Assembly (NCBI GenBank): GCA_902624575.1
Contig: CACNXV010000001.1
Coordinates: 44,553-108,552, forward strand
Source of the DNA: an uncultured Fidelibacterota bacterium
GTDB lineage: Bacteria; Fidelibacterota; Marinisomatia; Marinisomatales; Marinisomataceae
Direction: 5' to 3'
Length of the DNA: 64,000 bases
Shown: positions 58,191 to 64,000 of the stretch, piece by piece
How the letters are laid out: each line of letters opens with the position of its first letter
Numbering within the stretch: position 1 is the first letter of the stretch
Made by a program: the position numbers and the translations under genes
Notes under the pieces: model-generated
Told to the model about the DNA's origin: nothing
Database searches by the model: none
What the model saw: the letters and a program-made list of their open reading frames with translations, nothing else

Positions 58191-59450
58191 CTATTTTTTT
58201 CTAATTATTTGAGCACCTAATTTTGTTAATTTTTCCTCAATTTTATCATACCCTCTATCGATATGGTATACCCTACTTATTGAAGTCTTACCTTCAGCAC
58301 ATAATGCTGCAATAATTAAAGCAGCTGACGCCCTAATGTCGGTAGACATAACATTTGCTCCTATTAGATTTCTATTACCTTTTATTTTTGCAAGAGAACC
58401 TTCTAAACTTATTTTACATCCTAATCTATTTAATTCAAGAATATGTGTAAATCTGTCAAAATATATATTTTCTTTTAATGTTGAATCTCCATTTGCTAAA
58501 CACATCAATATCATCCATTGAGCTTGAAGATCCGTTGGAAAACCAGGATACTCATTTGTTTCAATATTGGAAAACTTAATATTATCACCTTCAGAATGAA
58601 CCTCAATGATATTATTTTTCTCAATTACGGTTATTCCAACATTCATCAATTGTTTTGTTACCTCTTTTAAATGTAAAGGATTTACATTTTCTAAAACAAC
58701 CTTTCCTCCAACAGCAGCTGTAGCAATCATAAATGTTCCTGCTTCAATACGATCTGGAATAATGCTTATCTCTTCCAAATTTTTTAAGGAGCTGACTCCT
58801 TTGATCGTCAAAGTATTTGTACCAATCCCTGATATATCAGCACCCATATTATTTAACATTTGACAAAGCTGTTGAATTTCAGGTTCTGCTGCTGCATTAG
58901 TAATAACTGTAACGCCGTCAGCTAAAACTGCCAGCATAAGTACATTACCTGTCGCTCCAACTGAAATTTTTGGAAAATGAATTTTTCCACCTTTGATGTT
59001 ACTAGCATCTGCAACAACATACCCATTCTCTAGATCTATTTTTACCCCAAGCTGCTCAAAAGCATTAATATGAAAATCTACTGGCCTAGGACCCCAAGCA
59101 CAACCCCCAGGTAAAGATACCTTTGCCTGCTTAAATCTTGCTAAAAGTGGTCCTAAAACATAAAAGGAAGCTCTCATAGTTCTAACCAAATCATACGAAG
59201 CAAATGGAATATTTAATCCTGAATTATCAATATTAATCGTGTCGTTGTTAGAAAAACTTACCTTTGAACCCATGCCCTCAAGAATAGCTGCCATTGTTTT
59301 GGAATCAGATAAAGTTGGAACATTTTTTATTTTAAGAGATGAATTATTTAAAATTGACGCTGCCATGATAGGTAATACAGCATTTTTTGCACCACTAACA
59401 ACTATATTACCTTCTAAATGATTCTTACCGACAATTTCAAAGTAATCCAT
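58191..59450 (-). CDS. murA: UDP-N-acetylglucosamine 1-carboxyvinyltransferase
   Basis: N-terminus ...L.G.I.VSGAKNA.LPI.AA and an active-site Cys context (PGGCAWGPRPVD). Confidence 0.96.
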   Translation of the reverse strand: MDYFEIVGKNHLEGNIVVSGAKNAVLPIMAASILNNSSLKIKNVPTLSDSKTMAAILEGMGSKVSFSNNDTINIDNSGLNIPFASYDLVRTMRASFYVLGPLLARFKQAKVSLPGGCAWGPRPVDFHINAFEQLGVKIDLENGYVVADASNIKGGKIHFPKISVGATGNVLMLAVLADGVTVITNAAAEPEIQQLCQMLNNMGADISGIGTNTLTIKGVSSLKNLEEISIIPDRIEAGTFMIATAAVGGKVVLENVNPLHLKEVTKQLMNVGITVIEKNNIIEVHSEGDNIKFSNIETNEYPGFPTDLQAQWMILMCLANGDSTLKENIYFDRFTHILELNRLGCKISLEGSLAKIKGNRNLIGANVMSTDIRASAALIIAALCAEGKTSISRVYHIDRGYDKIEEKLTKLGAQIIRKK

Positions 59451-59451
59451 A

Positions 59452-59811
59452 CTAAAACACTACGCATACTGCAGTCGCATAGTTCCCATCATGAGATATT
59501 GATACTTCAATATTTTTTTTAAAATTTTTTAAATCGACACATGGCTTACCATTTGCATGACTGTAAATATTAATTGATTTAAAATTTTTTGGTGTTGAAA
59601 ACTCTTTTGAATTCAATGCTTTTTTAACTGCTTCTTTTGCAGCAAATCTTCCTGCAAAAAATTCAGATTCATTAATTCTTTTCTTTGATAAAGCAATCTC
59701 ATCTTTTGAAAAAATTTTATTTAAAAATCTCTGTCTTCTTTCAGAACTTAAGATATTTTCAATCCTAGAAATACGAACTATATCTGTTCCTAATCCAAGG
59801 CTATTGATCAT
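59452..59811 (-). CDS. acpS: Holo-[acyl-carrier-protein] synthase
   Basis: LGTDIV.I.RI motif, FAAKEA, and SISH. The start was chosen at an internal Met. Confidence 0.88.
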   Translation of the reverse strand: MINSLGLGTDIVRISRIENILSSERRQRFLNKIFSKDEIALSKKRINESEFFAGRFAAKEAVKKALNSKEFSTPKNFKSINIYSHANGKPCVDLKNFKKNIEVSISHDGNYATAVCVVF

Positions 59812-60484
59812 TTTCTTCCTTAATAATATCAATTATTTGAGAAACATCATCAATATCCCAATTTGCACCTGATTTTTTAACTCCAAAAGTATCTCCATAT
59901 CTCGCGAAAATAGTTTTAATTCCAAGGCTATTAGCTCCAACAACATCTCTTTCTGGCCAATCACCAATCATTAGAACTTCATTTTTATTAAGGTTGAGTT
60001 TTTCAAGAACAAGGTTGAAAGGTTTTGGTGAAGGTTTTCTTTCCTTTGAATCATCAAATGTTACAACTGCATCAAACATATGATGAAGATTTAAATAATA
60101 AATTCTCATCCATGCTTCTCTACTTGGAGCATCGGATACAATTGCAAGCTTAATACCTTTTTTCATTAAATGGTTTAAGGTCCTGTGAACGTTTGGATAA
60201 GCCTTCAAATTAGCTTCTTTTGCTCTTCTATAAGCAACAATACCTGCAGCTAGAAATTTATTATCAACATGACCTATTTTATCTTTCAAAAACTTATCAA
60301 AAACTAGTTGGTGCTCCCAGCCTTCGTTCTCATAAATTTTCATAATTTGTTGATAAGAATCATCGACATTGATATCGAGACCAGCCTCTTTCATAGAAAG
60401 AATAGCGTTTTTAACCGCCTCTTCCTTCATTTTAATAAAATCTAATAAGGTGTTATCTAAATCAAAGATTACAGCTTTAATCAT
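59801..60484 (-). CDS. HAD-superfamily hydrolase (phosphatase)
   Basis: HAD motifs FDLDNTL (I), VSDA (II) and K...GD....D (III/IV). Confidence 0.85.
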   Translation of the reverse strand: MIKAVIFDLDNTLLDFIKMKEEAVKNAILSMKEAGLDINVDDSYQQIMKIYENEGWEHQLVFDKFLKDKIGHVDNKFLAAGIVAYRRAKEANLKAYPNVHRTLNHLMKKGIKLAIVSDAPSREAWMRIYYLNLHHMFDAVVTFDDSKERKPSPKPFNLVLEKLNLNKNEVLMIGDWPERDVVGANSLGIKTIFARYGDTFGVKKSGANWDIDDVSQIIDIIKEENDQ

Positions 60485-61686
60485 TGCTCATATTTTTCTG
60501 GATTTCTTACCCTGTCAATTTCATATTCGGCCATTTTTCTCCACTCTCTGTCATTACGAGCTTTTTCAAAGTGATTGATTGTTGTATTTTTATTTCCTTT
60601 ACCTCCACAATATTCTGCAATTCCGAGCTCAAACCATCCACCTCCGAAATTCTTTTTTAAATCAATAGATTCTAATGCAGCTTCTTTCGCTGAATCACAA
60701 TCATTTAATTTATTATGAGCTTCAGCTAAGTGAAACCATGATAAAAACTCTTTTGGTGCAATTTCAACTGCTTTACTTAGTGATTCTGCAGATTTTTCAT
60801 AATTACCTATTTTTGCATATGTAATTCCGAGAGCATGGTAAGCAGCAGAATAGTTTGGTCTGATATCAATTGCGGTTTTAAAACTATTTATCGCATTATC
60901 AAATTCTTCCATATCAATAAATATTTCACCAAGACTCTTGTGTGCTTTATAATATTTTTTGTTTAGTCTAACAGTTTCTTCGAAAGATTTTTTAGCATTA
61001 TCAATATCGCCATTTTCCCTATAAGCTAGTCCTAAATTATACCAACCTTTATCGAATGTTTTTTTAATATCTAGGGCTTTCAAATAACTCTCAATTGATA
61101 AGCTTAAATTACCCATTTTCTTCTGAAGTACACCCATTTGAAAATACGCCTGGTATAATCTAGAATTGATAGATAATACTTGATTGTATTTGGTTAATGC
61201 CTGCTCAAGATTTCCATTTTTGTAATCTTGATTTGCACTGTTATATAATTTTTTTGCAACATTAGAAATAGATTTTTTTGACTTAGAATAACTAGCGTCA
61301 ATTCTCAATGACCTCTTATAAAAATCTACTGCAGTCATAAATTCTTTTTTACCTTCATGGGCTTTTCCAGTTCCATATAAAGCGTCGGTACTATTTGGAA
61401 CACTCTCTAAAACCTCGGTAAAAGTTTGAATAGCATCATCAAAGCGACCATCTTTTACTGACCTGTTTGCATTAATCATCTTATTTCTAAGACCATTTAG
61501 ACGATCAAATTCTTTTCTAAAGTTATCATTTGATTTATCAGCATTAATAGCTGCTCTAATTTTTTCTCCCGCTAATTCTATATTACCTTCCTGAATAGCC
61601 TTTTGGGATTGTTCGTAAAGATCAATAGCAGATGTTTGTGCATAAATGGATGTAAACGCTATAAATACTAAAATAATTTTTTTCAT
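60481..61686 (-). CDS. Secreted TPR-repeat protein
   Basis: Signal peptide MKKIILVFIAFTSIYAQ and about 9 TPR-like repeats. Confidence 0.75.
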   Translation of the reverse strand: MKKIILVFIAFTSIYAQTSAIDLYEQSQKAIQEGNIELAGEKIRAAINADKSNDNFRKEFDRLNGLRNKMINANRSVKDGRFDDAIQTFTEVLESVPNSTDALYGTGKAHEGKKEFMTAVDFYKRSLRIDASYSKSKKSISNVAKKLYNSANQDYKNGNLEQALTKYNQVLSINSRLYQAYFQMGVLQKKMGNLSLSIESYLKALDIKKTFDKGWYNLGLAYRENGDIDNAKKSFEETVRLNKKYYKAHKSLGEIFIDMEEFDNAINSFKTAIDIRPNYSAAYHALGITYAKIGNYEKSAESLSKAVEIAPKEFLSWFHLAEAHNKLNDCDSAKEAALESIDLKKNFGGGWFELGIAEYCGGKGNKNTTINHFEKARNDREWRKMAEYEIDRVRNPEKYEQ

Positions 61687-61762
61687 TTTTATTCCTAATG
61701 TTATTTTTTCTGAAATCAACGTAATCTATAAATCTTTTAAAAATAATGTAATTATATTTTTG

Positions 61763-61846
61763 TGCCGAAGGCGGGACTTGAACCCACACAGAGTTTCCTC
61801 CACTAGCCCCTCAAGCTAGCGTGTCTACCAATTCCACCACTTCGGC
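61763..61846 (-). tRNA. tRNA-Leu (anticodon GAG), no encoded CCA
   Basis: Hand fold: acceptor gccgaag/cttcggc, anticodon arm ctagc-ttGAGgg-gctag, long variable arm, T-loop ttcaagt. Confidence 0.9.
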
Positions 61847-61851
61847 TAAAT

Positions 61852-62202
61852 TTAATTTGAAGAAGATTCTTCAGGTATTAAATCATCAGAAGATGGTAAA
61901 ACAAACTCTTCAGGAACAAATTCATCTACTTGTCTAGATTCTGCTTCTTTTTGTAAAATTGATTCTGATGAAGCACTACTTTCACCGCTCAATGCTCCAA
62001 TTAGCATAGCTAAACCAATAAATGCAACTCCTAATCCAGTTGTCAGTTTTGTAATGAAATCATTTGCACCAGTAGCACCCAGCATTGAATTAGCTGTTCC
62101 ACCCATCATAGAATTAAGTCCACCTTGACCTGACTGCATTAAAACTACAATAATTAGTAAAACACTGACTATTGTATGAATTGTTATTAATAATTGAATC
62201 AT
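61852..62202 (-). CDS. secG: Preprotein translocase subunit SecG
   Basis: N-terminal TM helix followed by LMQSGQGGL, a second TM helix, and an acidic tail. Confidence 0.88.
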   Translation of the reverse strand: MIQLLITIHTIVSVLLIIVVLMQSGQGGLNSMMGGTANSMLGATGANDFITKLTTGLGVAFIGLAMLIGALSGESSASSESILQKEAESRQVDEFVPEEFVLPSSDDLIPEESSSN

Positions 62203-62213
62203 ATTACCTCTTA

Positions 62214-62939
62214 TTATATTGCTTTTATCATTTTCTTAAATTTTTCAAATTTGCAACTGGCACTACCAACTAAAAAACCATTTAACAAGCTTATTTCAGA
62301 TAGTTTTTTAATATTTTCTTCATCAACAGAACCACCATAAAATAAAAGTATATCCTCACAAATTTCGCTGGAATATAACTCTTTTAAGTATTTTTTAACA
62401 AATGAAAGAATGTCAGAAATATATTCATTTGTTGGAACTAAACCGGTACCTATTGACCATACCGGTTCATAAGCAATAATCAACCTAGAACCTTGAAGAT
62501 CCTTAGGAAGTATAGACAATTGCTCTTCTATTACATGATATGTTTCATTTCTTTCTTTTTCTTCTTTTTTTTCACCAATACAAAGAATGGTATTTTTAAC
62601 ACATTTAAGAGAATTATTTAATTTTTTTTCAATCGTTTCATTTGATTCATTAAAATTATTCCTTCTTTCAGAATGTCCAACAATACAAGCGTCAATATTA
62701 ATAGAACTTATTGAATTTTCACCAGTAAAAGCTCCGTCCAAAATTTCGCTACAATCCTGCATACCAATAATCATATTTGGTAAATTTGAATTATTTTTTA
62801 CTGTTCTTATAGATGAATGAGAAGGAAAAATCATAATATTTTTTTCTTCAAAAATATCGCTTTCTAAATGCATTTTTTTAATGAATTCTTTAGAATCATT
62901 TTCATTTAAATACATTTTCCAATTTGCAGCTAAAATCAT
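62214..62939 (-). CDS. tpiA: Triosephosphate isomerase
   Basis: AANWKM N-terminus, VGHSERR, YEPVWSIGTG, and GGS. Confidence 0.93.
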   Translation of the reverse strand: MILAANWKMYLNENDSKEFIKKMHLESDIFEEKNIMIFPSHSSIRTVKNNSNLPNMIIGMQDCSEILDGAFTGENSISSINIDACIVGHSERRNNFNESNETIEKKLNNSLKCVKNTILCIGEKKEEKERNETYHVIEEQLSILPKDLQGSRLIIAYEPVWSIGTGLVPTNEYISDILSFVKKYLKELYSSEICEDILLFYGGSVDEENIKKLSEISLLNGFLVGSASCKFEKFKKMIKAI

Positions 62940-62949
62940 ATTAATCTCA

Positions 62950-64000
62950 TTATTTTAAAATTTCAATCGCAGGTAATTTGTTACCTGACAAGAGCTCTAG
63001 ACATGAACCTCCACCTGTAGAAGCATGAGAAAATTCCTGAATATACTCCTCTTTATAGTTTCTTATAGCAGCTACTGTATCACCGCCGCCAACAATAGAA
63101 GTTAATTCTTTTGAAACAATAAAGTCGATAATACTCTCAGTACCTTTAGCAAAAATTTTATTTTCAGCAACACCGAGTGTTCCATTCCATACAATGGTTG
63201 ATGATTTACTCAGAACGCTATTAAATAATTTTATTGATTTATCTCCAATATCCTCACAGATCATATCATTTGGAATATTCCCTTTTTCAGCTTCGCAATA
63301 TTTCTTTGAACCTAATTTGCCTATCTCTCCTTTAAAATCAATAGGGAGTATAATATTTGTACCTTTTTTTGATCCAACTTTAAAAATCTGTTTTGCAGTG
63401 CTAACTTTATCTTTTTCAACCAAGGAATTACCAACGCAATTTCCTTCTGCAAGAAGAAATGTATTTGCCATTGCTCCTCCAATAATAATATTATCTGCAA
63501 TGTCCATAAAGTTTTCAATTAGAGCTAACTTAGTATCTATTTTTGATCCACCTACAATTAAAGTTAGAGGTTTTTTTGCATTTGAAACTTTTTCTGATAA
63601 AAATTCAAGCTCTTTTTCAACTAAAAAGCCAATACCTTTTGTAGAAAAGTAGTCAGCAACCCCATAATTTGAGGCATGCTTTCTATGAGCAGTACCAAAT
63701 GCATCGTTAATATAAATTGAACCATGCTTGGCTAATATTGAAGAAAAATGAGAATCATTTTTTGTTTCACCTTCATGAAATCTTAGATTTTCTAACAGGT
63801 GTATTTCTCCGTCTTTGAGGTTTCTTGAAACATCTATTGCATCATCTGATATACAGTCTTCAGAAAATTTTATTGGCATTTCAAGTAGCTCAGCTAGTTT
63901 TTCTCCTACAGGAATTAGGGATAAATCTTCATTTATTTTTCCATTAGGCCTACCCATGTGAGACATCAAAACAACTTTAGAGCCTTTTTCAAGACAATAT
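62950..64000 (-). CDS. pgk: Phosphoglycerate kinase (N-terminus beyond the window edge)
   Basis: SHMGRP, NLRFH.GE, and GGGDT motifs. The frame stays open to position 64000. Confidence 0.95.
   Translation of the reverse strand, partial: YCLEKGSKVVLMSHMGRPNGKINEDLSLIPVGEKLAELLEMPIKFSEDCISDDAIDVSRNLKDGEIHLLENLRFHEGETKNDSHFSSILAKHGSIYINDAFGTAHRKHASNYGVADYFSTKGIGFLVEKELEFLSEKVSNAKKPLTLIVGGSKIDTKLALIENFMDIADNIIIGGAMANTFLLAEGNCVGNSLVEKDKVSTAKQIFKVGSKKGTNIILPIDFKGEIGKLGSKKYCEAEKGNIPNDMICEDIGDKSIKLFNSVLSKSSTIVWNGTLGVAENKIFAKGTESIIDFIVSKELTSIVGGGDTVAAIRNYKEEYIQEFSHASTGGGSCLELLSGNKLPAIEILK

Noticed and set aside
1-64000. Looked for prophage, IS or integron hallmarks, rRNA, tmRNA, RNase P RNA, SRP RNA, riboswitches and CRISPR arrays
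   Set aside because: There are no integrase, transposase or terminal inverted-repeat candidates. Apart from the 265-nt msrA-upstream gap, which holds the 45-aa ORF and a terminator, no intergenic gap exceeds about 150 nt. None of the gaps shows conserved RNA-like structure beyond the terminators I list.

Overview
The window is visibly AT-rich (about 30% G+C by eye, not computed) and very gene-dense. It looks like a chromosomal segment from a streamlined bacterium using the standard genetic code. I call 72 protein-coding genes, 61 of them on the - strand, plus 7 single tRNA genes. I saw no rRNA, CRISPR array, transposase, integrase or phage genes.

Most of the content is conserved housekeeping:
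- leuS and msrA.
- The nusA-infB-rbfA-truB-ribF-rpsO-pnp block.
- One tightly packed dnaX-ybaB-recR-pgsA-pgpA-cinA-recA string.
- gltX/tadA, tldD/pmbA, uvrC, trkAH and murA.
- pgk-tpiA-secG.

The clearest accessory region, and my best candidate for an undescribed system, is the left end (76-2852). It holds a translationally coupled + strand cassette of four genes:
- an unassignable 284-aa protein;
- a 64-aa peptide with two predicted transmembrane (TM) helices;
- a complete cytosine-5 DNA methyltransferase;
- an HNH_2-type nuclease.

That is two genes more than a canonical Type II restriction-modification (R-M) pair needs, and the left boundary lies outside the window.

Other observations worth a second look:
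- an in-frame TGA splitting a small conserved membrane-protein gene just upstream of umuDC;
- an A10 slippery run in dnaX with immediate stops in both alternative frames;
- a textbook -24/-12 sigma-54 promoter in front of hsp20;
- tRNA genes embedded in operons with 2-16 nt spacers to the next start codon;
- tRNA-Arg(ACG) next to its editing enzyme gene tadA;
- a protein carrying 75-bp acidic tandem repeats;
- a trio of secreted proteins built around a P19/Tp34-like metal-binding protein with no permease gene nearby.

All functional calls rest on motifs read from the translations and on recalled family knowledge. No database search was run.
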